A stretch of DNA of 61,551 bases from Minisyncoccota bacterium (lineage in GTDB: Bacteria; Patescibacteriota; Minisyncoccia; Phycocordibacterales; UBA5272): positions 1-61,551 of the forward strand of contig JAYWBQ010000043.1 in assembly GCA_043781255.1 (NCBI GenBank). Reading direction: 5' to 3'. The translations under genes and the position numbers were made by a program. This document shows positions 47,815 through 55,897 of the stretch, one piece after another (position 1 is the first letter of the stretch; every line of letters begins with the position of its first letter). The notes under the pieces are model-generated. The model saw only the letters and a program-made list of their open reading frames with translations. It had not been told where the DNA came from and did no database searches.

Positions 47815-49563
47815 ATGAAAATGAAAAAAATTATAAGTTTCGTAACACTCCTAACTTTAGGAGCAACAACAGTTTCTTACGCTTCTATAGATAAAAACTT
47901 GAAATACGGTCAAAGGGATAAGGAGGTTACAGAGCTTCAAGAATTTCTCATTGACAAAGGAATACTCAAAACAACGCCTTCTAATTATTTTGGATTACTC
48001 ACTTTTAAGGCAGTTAAAGCTTATCAGACGAGTGTAGGTGTTTCTCCGACTGGCTTTGTGGGTGCTCTTACAAGAGAAAAAATTAACAAGGAAATTGATA
48101 CTGAGATTGCTAGTTCTAACGAAGCAGAAAAAGCTGAGTCAGGATCTAGTGCTAATCAAAAGACAAATACAAACCCAGTGTCACAAGTTGTTACAAATAA
48201 CACACCAGCATCAAGCTCCGACTCTATTTATGATACTGACGTTAAATATGACAGTCTCGGCAGAAAAATTATAATTACACAAAGTCCTAACTATAAAGTT
48301 GTTGATTACGTAGTTGCTAATTTAGTTGACTCAAATGGCAAGCTCGTGAGTGGCTTTTTCTATAAGTACAAAAAGCTTTTTGTGTCTAATGATGAGATCA
48401 ATTCAAGGAATACACAAACACAAAATGTACAACCAACACCTACTGTAGTTAATGATGTGTGTAAAAATATAGAAGGTACACAAAGTTATATACCTTCAGG
48501 TATGTATACAGATGCTTCAGGTAATTGTTTGAACACACAAAATACAAACAATAACCAAAATACAAATTTACCACCAGCATCAAATAATACAACTGTTAGC
48601 ACAAATAAAGTAATATCAATGGCTTGTAAGATGAGAACAGGTGCTCCTTCTCAGGTTGTTGGTGGAGGAAATACTTTTGGAGGATTGGGAATTGTTGGTT
48701 GCAAAGCTACGCCAGTCGGTTTAGGTATTGGTACTTACGAACTCACTTTTGCTGTAGTAGGAACTGACGCTATAAGTAGCTTCTCTGATGGAGTATCTTC
48801 TGTTCCAGTTGTGAATAACTCAGTAACAATTAAAGTTAGTAACACAAAAATGGACAAAACATCAGATGGATATGATCTGAATGTTGGTGTTCAGTTTAAT
48901 TGTTTCAAAAATACGAGTTTGGCAAATGAAAGAAATTGTACTCTAACTAATAATGTTACAGGAGTTACATACTCTCTAGTGAGCGGTAAATTCACAGATA
49001 GTAATAACATTTCTGTTCCTATTGATGTTTCTCAAAGTATTCCAACAAACCCTGTAACAGTATCAGCTTCAGAGATAAGTGTTTCTCTAGATAATAGAAC
49101 TGAAAATCCTCTTGATGCTGGTTGTGTCAACATAGCTTGTGAGCGTGATGTTGCTCGTTTTCAGATAGGAGTAAACAATCAAGGTAAGGTTACAATTTCA
49201 TCGTTAGCATTTTCTGTTTCTGTTCCAGGGGTTATAAACCCTGAACTCTATGATTACCGTCTTGTAAATGTATCTGATATGCAAACACCTGTAGCCACTT
49301 GGGACAAATCTTCACTAAATCCAAAGTTTACATTCTTTCCAGATGCACAAATTTCATCTGGTAGCGTAAAGAGATTTATTGTATGGGCAAAAGTAAAAGG
49401 AACACTACCTGTAGGAGTTAGTCCGTCTTTCACAGGGCAGTATATAGAGTCCTCTCTCGTGCCTTCATCTTTCGTTTGGAAAGACGTGGTAGGTGGTAAT
49501 GTTACACAAGACGGTAACGCTATAATGAAGTTCCCAACAAATACTTTTTCAACAGCTCACTAA
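47815..49563 (+). CDS. Secreted protein with an N-terminal peptidoglycan-binding (PG_binding_1-like) domain and a large beta-rich C-terminal region
   Basis: Signal peptide, then LKYGQRDKEVTELQEFLIDKGIL...FGLLTFKAVKAYQTSVGVSPTGFVG, an N/T/Q-rich linker, then ~330 aa of unknown fold. Confidence 0.65.
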   Translation: MKMKKIISFVTLLTLGATTVSYASIDKNLKYGQRDKEVTELQEFLIDKGILKTTPSNYFGLLTFKAVKAYQTSVGVSPTGFVGALTREKINKEIDTEIASSNEAEKAESGSSANQKTNTNPVSQVVTNNTPASSSDSIYDTDVKYDSLGRKIIITQSPNYKVVDYVVANLVDSNGKLVSGFFYKYKKLFVSNDEINSRNTQTQNVQPTPTVVNDVCKNIEGTQSYIPSGMYTDASGNCLNTQNTNNNQNTNLPPASNNTTVSTNKVISMACKMRTGAPSQVVGGGNTFGGLGIVGCKATPVGLGIGTYELTFAVVGTDAISSFSDGVSSVPVVNNSVTIKVSNTKMDKTSDGYDLNVGVQFNCFKNTSLANERNCTLTNNVTGVTYSLVSGKFTDSNNISVPIDVSQSIPTNPVTVSASEISVSLDNRTENPLDAGCVNIACERDVARFQIGVNNQGKVTISSLAFSVSVPGVINPELYDYRLVNVSDMQTPVATWDKSSLNPKFTFFPDAQISSGSVKRFIVWAKVKGTLPVGVSPSFTGQYIESSLVPSSFVWKDVVGGNVTQDGNAIMKFPTNTFSTAH

Positions 49564-49582
49564 AGCTTCATTATTATCTATA

Positions 49583-49612
49583 AAAAACACCACTTAGAGC
49601 GTGGTGTTTTTT
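49583..49612 (+). terminator. Intrinsic terminator
   Basis: aaaaaacaccac-ttagagc-gtggtgtttttt. Confidence 0.8.
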
Positions 49613-49656
49613 ATACCCCACAAGTGTATAAATTTAGTTTGGTATAATTATTAAAT

Positions 49657-50436
49657 ATGGATAATAAACAAAATGAAGATTTTGAAGTTCTGTGGTTCAG
49701 TCTAACACCTAAAGAAAGGAAAATTAGAGTTGAAAAATCTATTTCAATAATAAGAAAAGTTGCGTATAAACAAGTCAAATTATTAAAAGAATATGAGGAG
49801 TCTTCTGCCATTAAAGATGTTTATTATCTTTACGTATTCAGAACTTTAGAAGATATTTTAGATAACTTTGATTTTGTTCTCAAACTAGGAAAAGGGAGCA
49901 GTAGGAGGTTTGCTCCATATCCAACAAGAGCAATCATTGAAAATACTTTTCGTTTAGAGTATTTTACAAAACAATCAGCCGATACTAAAAATGATATTGC
50001 AACAAGAGAATTCTTGAGGGTGATAAAAAGATTTTATGATAAAGATAATGATGAAATAAATAGAAAATCTTTAAGAGAGATGTATGACGGTTTTGCTCAA
50101 GGTGGACAATATCCCTCTATTGATAAAGCAAAAGACGATGACCCTTTTCCAAATATGTATATATTAACAAAAGATACAATTTTTTCAGAAAAGAATTGGT
50201 ATTTTCAATACCAAATTTTATGTGAGGCAACTCACCGTAAACTAGTAGGAATAATTACTTCTCAAGATGAAGTATCTGAGTACGTGAACAGTTTAATGTA
50301 TTTACAAAACATAATGAGTGAAGTTATAAAACTCACAGATCTTTATCTTAACAACGTTACACAATTGGAAGTCATAAATGCAATAAAAAATGCAGATGCT
50401 GTTATAAAAAAGCCAAAGCATAAAAATAAGCAGTAA
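49657..50436 (+). CDS. Hypothetical all-helical protein (259 aa)
   Basis: Intact ORF with TATAAT (49643-49648) 8 nt upstream. No family recognised. Confidence 0.55.
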   Translation: MDNKQNEDFEVLWFSLTPKERKIRVEKSISIIRKVAYKQVKLLKEYEESSAIKDVYYLYVFRTLEDILDNFDFVLKLGKGSSRRFAPYPTRAIIENTFRLEYFTKQSADTKNDIATREFLRVIKRFYDKDNDEINRKSLREMYDGFAQGGQYPSIDKAKDDDPFPNMYILTKDTIFSEKNWYFQYQILCEATHRKLVGIITSQDEVSEYVNSLMYLQNIMSEVIKLTDLYLNNVTQLEVINAIKNADAVIKKPKHKNKQ

Positions 50437-50627
50437 TGTACTTTGTGTATATCGTGAACACTAGATTGAGGGTAGGTTAGGGAGCATATATATCAAAGAA
50501 TATACAAGATCCACCTAAACCAGAATTGCTTCAAGGTTTTGAATAGCAGAAAGTATATAATTTCTATTCTTTACCTGTTCTGAAAGCCACGCTAATGGGT
50601 CACCCTTTCTCATGTTAAAATAGCATT

Positions 50628-51200
50628 ATGATTTATTTCTCAATTATGTGGGCAATAATAATATATTTTTTTAACTGTTTGCTTGCAAAAAAGTTTGTTA
50701 TTCCAAACCCCAAAATAGCTTTAGTATATATATCCTGTGTAACTGTAGTTGGAGTGTTTGGTGAAGTATTTATAGGTAGTGTCTATAATTTTTTTATTGG
50801 GAGTCCGTTATGGGTGTACCATCTTTTACCTATCCATAATGGATACACATCCTACTATTCTTTATTTATTTGGGGACTTTACGGATTTCATCTCTATTTA
50901 TTTCACGAGAACCTTAAAGGAAGAAACATCTTTCAAGAAAAGAGGATGCCTTCAGTTATTGCTGTTGAAGCCATTATTCTTGAAATATTGTTTAACGTAT
51001 CGCATCTTTGGTTCTTTGGATCGTATATTTTTTATTATTTGCCAAATGATCTCTGGCATCTAACTTCCTTTGTAGCTGTTCCATTCTATTTCTTTGCCGG
51101 ACTTATTATTGTTAAGAGCTTAAAGCGCTTTATTAAAGATCCGTTGTTTTTTATTTTAATGAGCTATCTCTTTGCTGGTGTACTAGTATTCATGGCCTAA
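50628..51200 (+). CDS. Integral membrane protein, possibly CmpB/DUF1113-type (putative ABC-transporter type IV)
   Basis: Six hydrophobic helices. SPLWVYHLLPIHNGYTSYYSLFIWGLYG resembles the LWdY...nG...WG motif of that family. Confidence 0.45.
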   Translation: MIYFSIMWAIIIYFFNCLLAKKFVIPNPKIALVYISCVTVVGVFGEVFIGSVYNFFIGSPLWVYHLLPIHNGYTSYYSLFIWGLYGFHLYLFHENLKGRNIFQEKRMPSVIAVEAIILEILFNVSHLWFFGSYIFYYLPNDLWHLTSFVAVPFYFFAGLIIVKSLKRFIKDPLFFILMSYLFAGVLVFMA

Positions 51201-51416
51201 TGTAATCTCATTTAAAACTACACTATTAAATTCTAAAAATGATTTAACATCTTCAATAATAAATTTCCAATTTTGTAGCCCTAGGGTCACCAAGTCGTGC
51301 TAGCACGAGAAGGGTGCTACAAATGTAAAAACAGCGTCCAGAAAGCGCTGGTTTACTATGCTTTTCTATACCCTCACACCCTGGGTATATCCTCCCTCAA
51401 ACCCTCCTACAGTATG

Positions 51417-51445
51417 TTGACAATTATATGTTTATATAGTATACT
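51417..51445 (+). promoter_or_regulatory. Consensus-like sigma70 promoter of the GC-rich 94-aa gene
   Basis: TTGACA (51417-51422), 17-nt spacer, TATACT (51440-51445). AGGAGA (51511-51516) lies 5 nt before the ATG at 51522. Confidence 0.55.
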
Positions 51446-51521
51446 ATATAAAGTAGCTTGGTGGATTTTTAAATATAAATTCCCTGTTGTTTGTGTTATA
51501 AAATTAACCTAGGAGATCAGT

Positions 51522-51806
51522 ATGGTCAAAAATCAAGAGATCCAAATCTGGATCGCCGAGTGCAAGACGGCTAAGGAACGCGACAAGATCGCTGAACGTT
51601 CAATAAAGATTGAAGGCTGCCAGATCCTGTTCACGGGGATCAACGATGAAGGCAAGTATGTTGTCATCAAATCGTTGACTGGCAAAGCCATCACCACGCC
51701 TGCCGTCGAGTTCTACGGGTATAAGCAGTTTCCTAAAGGACCGCACACGGAGAGGCTTGTTAACTTCAAGCTTACCGTTGTGGTGAATATCGAAACTGCG
51801 CGATAA
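51522..51806 (+). CDS. Hypothetical protein (94 aa) in a GC-rich foreign cassette
   Basis: GC is about 48% (counted over the first 120 nt) against ~33% in the flanks. Strong SD. No family recognised. Confidence 0.6.
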   Translation: MVKNQEIQIWIAECKTAKERDKIAERSIKIEGCQILFTGINDEGKYVVIKSLTGKAITTPAVEFYGYKQFPKGPHTERLVNFKLTVVVNIETAR

Positions 51807-52009
51807 CCACATCACCACCGAAAGCCACCGCGCGTTCGGTTGTTTTCTTTTTAAATATTTAGCGCTCTAAATCTAAGTTCAAATTTCCTAAACAACCTTA
51901 TATCCTCATTATTGATTTCCAATTCTTTAGGCCCAAGGTTACCTTCAATAGCCAGCACGAGAAGGGTTCGATTTGCTGCTAAGTAGCTATAATTTGATAT
52001 ACTTGTCTT

Positions 52010-52834
52010 ATGGAAAAAATAAAATGGGATGGGGTGCTTGATATAACTTTTAAGAACAAGAAAGGAGATATTTTTTACTACGACGTTTCTATTTCTTTTG
52101 GTAAGAAAAAAGTAAAATTTACACTTCCTCGTTATCATCCAATGGTTGGTTGGATAGAAATATTTGGATTACCTCCACAAAATGAATGGGTATTTCTTGA
52201 TAATGAACGTACACAATGGCAAAAGACAACACCATTTTATTTCCAAGTGAATGATAAGAAATTCAAGATGAAAGAAACGTTGCAGGTTTTCCCTGACCTT
52301 GTTAATAATCGTCGTTCGCTTGAGCTTGTAAGAACAATGGATGGAAAAATAGAGACACAGTGGTATGAAGAGGATTGGTCAAAAATGGCTACAGAAAATA
52401 GAATGGCAAAAAGATCAGTATTTAAACATTCAGGCGGGCATTATTTTGTAGATGAAGAAATGTTCTTAAATCCCTCTGTTGAAAAACTTAACTCAAAACA
52501 GAAAAGTTTTGTTGAGAATATAAAAAATAAACACGGAAACCCGAGCTTAGGTATATGGCTTAAGCGTTCTAAAATGAGCGGCCCATATCCACCTATGTAT
52601 TCCCAGTTGTTCCCTTTTTGGAACAAAGATATTCTTAGTGCAAAATATGTTGAATCTATTGAGCTTGGTTACGAAATTTCTCAGGCACATGGCGATTGGT
52701 ATAAAATTTTTGAAATAGCCGGCAAGGTCTACGAGATAGAAGAAGACAATTATTCTGAAAAAAATGAACTGTGTGGAGGTAAAACAGTAAGCATAAAAAA
52801 TACCTATAGAAAAAAGATACGGGAGATAAAATAG
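52010..52834 (+). CDS. Hypothetical protein (274 aa)
   Basis: Intact ORF with TATACT (51998-52003) 6 nt upstream of the ATG. No family recognised. Confidence 0.55.
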   Translation: MEKIKWDGVLDITFKNKKGDIFYYDVSISFGKKKVKFTLPRYHPMVGWIEIFGLPPQNEWVFLDNERTQWQKTTPFYFQVNDKKFKMKETLQVFPDLVNNRRSLELVRTMDGKIETQWYEEDWSKMATENRMAKRSVFKHSGGHYFVDEEMFLNPSVEKLNSKQKSFVENIKNKHGNPSLGIWLKRSKMSGPYPPMYSQLFPFWNKDILSAKYVESIELGYEISQAHGDWYKIFEIAGKVYEIEEDNYSEKNELCGGKTVSIKNTYRKKIREIK

Positions 52835-53153
52835 TATTTTCGATAAGTTCACAAGAAGGGTCAATATACTATACTAAAAAGCAATAAGTAGGCTTTGTGA
52901 GGTAACGAACCCACTAAGTTCTATCTCGAGGTGGCCAACCACTAGGTTTTGATTGACCTTTAATTTTTCTAAAAGCGAAAGCATGGTAACGAACGAAGCT
53001 GATTTCCAGTCCTTAATGAACCTCGTAATCAGTTTAAAGATTCTATAAGTATTAAAAGTTTCTGAGTATAGAATGTAGGTTTTTTTGGGATATCTCTATG
53101 TCTATCCCTTATACACACTAAACTTACGCATAAACAAGTATACTTATACGTAT

Positions 53154-53597
53154 ATGGAACTATTTTTTACACCAATTCATGTGTTTGAGGCGACGTTGGC
53201 AGGATTTTTAGTAGGAGCTTTATGGTTTTCTCCAATATTATTTATGAAGGCGTGGCTTAAAGGAGAAGGGGTGACAAAAGATCAGATGCCAAAGAGAACA
53301 ACTGTGTACTTACTTCAAGTAAACGCATACTCTTTTATTGCACATGGTGCAATAGCTGCTGTCCTTGCTGTGATTTTTGACGTACTTGCAGTTAACTCGC
53401 TTCGTCTTGCTATTGTGCTTGGATTATTATTAACATTTGGATTTGTGGTAACAACTAAGTTTATTGACATGGTGTACACCCAACAAGGTAAGCATTTCGA
53501 GATACGGCACCAAATTAAATTCCTTGTTCAGGCTGGGTATTATCTTACTGTTGTTACAGTGATGTCAATTGTACTTTTCCTTGTAACTCATGCATAA
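53154..53597 (+). CDS. DUF1761-family membrane protein (147 aa from MELFFTP)
   Basis: FLVGALWFSPILFMKAWLKG resembles the DUF1761 N-terminal motif. Four TM helices. Confidence 0.5.
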   Translation: MELFFTPIHVFEATLAGFLVGALWFSPILFMKAWLKGEGVTKDQMPKRTTVYLLQVNAYSFIAHGAIAAVLAVIFDVLAVNSLRLAIVLGLLLTFGFVVTTKFIDMVYTQQGKHFEIRHQIKFLVQAGYYLTVVTVMSIVLFLVTHA

Positions 53598-53720
53598 AAC
53601 TATATTGATGTTCAAGAAGTATATCAGCAGACAAAGTTTAATTTCTGTTTATTACTATAGTTTTTTTAGGGGAAGTGTTATACACTTAAGGCATAAGCTG
53701 CAGACTGTATAAGTACCCAC

Positions 53721-54101
53721 ATGAAAGAATTGGAAAAAAAGAAAATATTAATTATTGAAGATGAAAAACCACTTGCTCATGCACTCGACCTTAAGCTCTC
53801 ACACGAGGGATTTGATATTGTGGCAACAGGGAGTGGAGAAGAAGCTCTTCTTCTTTTGGAAAGAGAGCATTTTGATCTTGTTCTTACTGACCTTATCATT
53901 CCAGGGGTTGATGGGTTCAAGGTTCTTGAAACCATTCAAGAGAAAAAAATGAAAATACCTGTAATTGTTATGACAAATTTAAATCAAGAAGAAGATAGAA
54001 AACGCGCATCAGATCTTGGGGCTACTTCTTTCTTTGTAAAATCTAATTCCCCAATATCACTTATTGTTGAAACCGTTAAAAATACTATAGCCACTTCCTG
54101 A
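53721..54101 (+). CDS. Stand-alone CheY-like response-regulator receiver domain
   Basis: ILIIEDE acidic pocket, phospho-acceptor LVLTDLIIPGVDG, IPVIVMTN, FFVKS. Confidence 0.88.
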   Translation: MKELEKKKILIIEDEKPLAHALDLKLSHEGFDIVATGSGEEALLLLEREHFDLVLTDLIIPGVDGFKVLETIQEKKMKIPVIVMTNLNQEEDRKRASDLGATSFFVKSNSPISLIVETVKNTIATS

Positions 54102-54123
54102 GGGTAGCTTGTAACCTTATTCT

Positions 54124-55854
54124 ATGAACATTGACACTAACAACATAAAAGAAATTCTCATCAACGGTAATTATATTAGCGCCGAAGATGCAGAAAAAGC
54201 AGAAGCACTTGCCAAACAAAGCGAAATTAGCTTTGTCGACGCACTTCTTCGTGATGGTGTTGTTAATAGTGACATTGTAGGACAAGCAACGGCAGAAGCA
54301 TTTAATGTACCGTATGCTGACCTTAACTCAGCAGCTATTAGCGCAGATCAGATTCGTAAGATCCCAGAAGAACTCGCAAAGAAACGTAGGGTTGTACTTT
54401 TTGATGAAGAAAAAGAAGAAGAGGTTATCATAACAACAGATAATCCTCTCCAAGAAGGTATTATCTCCGAATTACAGCCCTTTTTTAAAGGAAAAAAAAT
54501 TAATATTACGTATTCACTTTCTGAAGATATTGATAGTTTCTTTGTGTATTATGAAAAACCTCTTGATACTAGATTTTCAAAAATTATTGAAGAGTCAGAT
54601 CGTGTTGCTCCAGAAATATTAGAAGAAATTTTCGATGATGCCATCACCTACAGAGCATCAGATATTCACTTTGAACCACAGGCAAAAGTGATTGTGATTC
54701 GTTTTCGTGTAGATGGAGTACTCCACGAAGCTGGGAGACTTCCTAAAGAGTATTTTGAAAATGTTTTAAATAGAATAAAAGTAAAAAGTGCACTCCGTAT
54801 CGATGAACATTACTCAGCTCAAGATGGCTCACTTCATTATGATGGAAAAAATAATGTGTCGGTAGATATGCGTACATCTATTGTGCCAATTGTAGAAGGG
54901 GAGAAAGTTGTGCTCCGAGTTCTTGGGTCATATGTACAAGGTCTCACATTTAACGATCTAGGTCTTACACCAAAAAACCAAGAATTACTTCGTGAAGCCG
55001 CAGAAAAACCATTCGGCATGATCCTTGTGGTTGGTCCGACAGGAAGTGGTAAAACAACAACACTGTACTCACTTCTTAAGATGCTTAATACTCCGGATAC
55101 AAATATTACAACCATTGAAGATCCTGTTGAGTATAAAGTGCAAGGACTTAATCAGATCCAAGTAAATCAGACCACAGGACTAACATTTGCGCGTGGGCTT
55201 CGAGCTATTGTGCGTCAAGATCCAGATATTATTCTTGTTGGAGAAATTCGTGACTTAGAAACTGTGGAAATTTCTGTTAATGCAGCGCTTACTGGGCATC
55301 TTCTTCTGTCGACATTTCATGCAAATGATGCAGCAACAGCTATTCCACGTCTTTTGGATATGGGGACTGAACCATTCCTCCTCTCATCCACAATGAATTT
55401 AATTATTGCCCAACGTCTTGTTCGCAAGATTTGTGATCATTGTAAAGTTTCAGTCGTTAAAACTCCCGCTGATTTTGATACGCCTCAATTACGAGATGTT
55501 ATGAAGTTTTTACCTACAAAAAATCTTACGCTCTACGAAGGAAAGAAATGTGAAGTATGTGGATTCACAGGGTATAAAGGGAGAACTTCTATTTATGAAG
55601 TAATTAAAATCACCCCAACTCTTCAAGAACTTATTGTAAAAAGTCCATCCGCACAAGAGATTTGGAGTCTTGCTCGAAAAGAAGGTGCAAGGTCTGTATT
55701 TGAAGATGGTCTTGAAAAAGTAAAAAATGGCTTAACTTCAATTGAAGAGCTTGTACGTATTGCCCCGCCGCCGGACGCTATTATTCTGGAAAAGAAAGTT
55801 CCATCAGCCGAATCTAAAAAAGAGACAATTAGAAAAGACAAGAAAAAGAAATAA
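54124..55854 (+). CDS. pilB: Type IV pilus assembly ATPase (GspE/PilB family)
   Basis: N-terminal GSPII_E_N-like domain, Walker A GPTGSGKTTT, Walker B ILVGEIRD, His box GHLLLSTFHAN, CDHC...CEVC tetracysteine. Confidence 0.92.
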   Translation: MNIDTNNIKEILINGNYISAEDAEKAEALAKQSEISFVDALLRDGVVNSDIVGQATAEAFNVPYADLNSAAISADQIRKIPEELAKKRRVVLFDEEKEEEVIITTDNPLQEGIISELQPFFKGKKINITYSLSEDIDSFFVYYEKPLDTRFSKIIEESDRVAPEILEEIFDDAITYRASDIHFEPQAKVIVIRFRVDGVLHEAGRLPKEYFENVLNRIKVKSALRIDEHYSAQDGSLHYDGKNNVSVDMRTSIVPIVEGEKVVLRVLGSYVQGLTFNDLGLTPKNQELLREAAEKPFGMILVVGPTGSGKTTTLYSLLKMLNTPDTNITTIEDPVEYKVQGLNQIQVNQTTGLTFARGLRAIVRQDPDIILVGEIRDLETVEISVNAALTGHLLLSTFHANDAATAIPRLLDMGTEPFLLSSTMNLIIAQRLVRKICDHCKVSVVKTPADFDTPQLRDVMKFLPTKNLTLYEGKKCEVCGFTGYKGRTSIYEVIKITPTLQELIVKSPSAQEIWSLARKEGARSVFEDGLEKVKNGLTSIEELVRIAPPPDAIILEKKVPSAESKKETIRKDKKKK

Positions 55855-55897
55855 TTAAAGAATAGAGAGATAATTAATTTATACGTATTATAATTCA

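Larger units (their letters stand above)
40560..53000. mobile_element. Putative integrated plasmid/phage-like element bounded on the left by tRNA-Glu; right boundary undetermined
   Basis: A large serine recombinase lies at the tRNA junction. It is followed by a DUF5659-like protein, a P-loop replication-type NTPase, Zn-ribbon and orphan proteins and a foreign GC-rich cassette. No capsid or terminase genes. Confidence 0.55.

Noticed and set aside
47700-50462. 11-bp repeat atatcgtgaac at ~47700 and ~50451 as possible cassette boundaries
   Set aside because: Too short to distinguish from chance, and there is no compositional change between the copies.
51851-52138. 95-aa ORF on the minus strand, and the 71-aa ORF 51297..51512
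   Set aside because: They overlap promoter and repeat sequences and the start of the 274-aa gene. No supporting signals.
43695-52834. Diversity-generating retroelement, retron or other RT-based system in the element (CPR genomes are known to be rich in DGRs)
   Set aside because: No ORF with reverse-transcriptase motifs (YxDD context). I noticed no template/variable repeat pair matching the C-termini of the 582-aa or other proteins.
40621-53700. Direct repeat of the tRNA-Glu 3' end marking the far att site of the element
   Set aside because: By eye I found no convincing copy of gttcgactctccgtggggtca downstream; agggtcacc at ~51290 and gggtcaccc at ~50600 are too short. The boundary is therefore left open rather than called.
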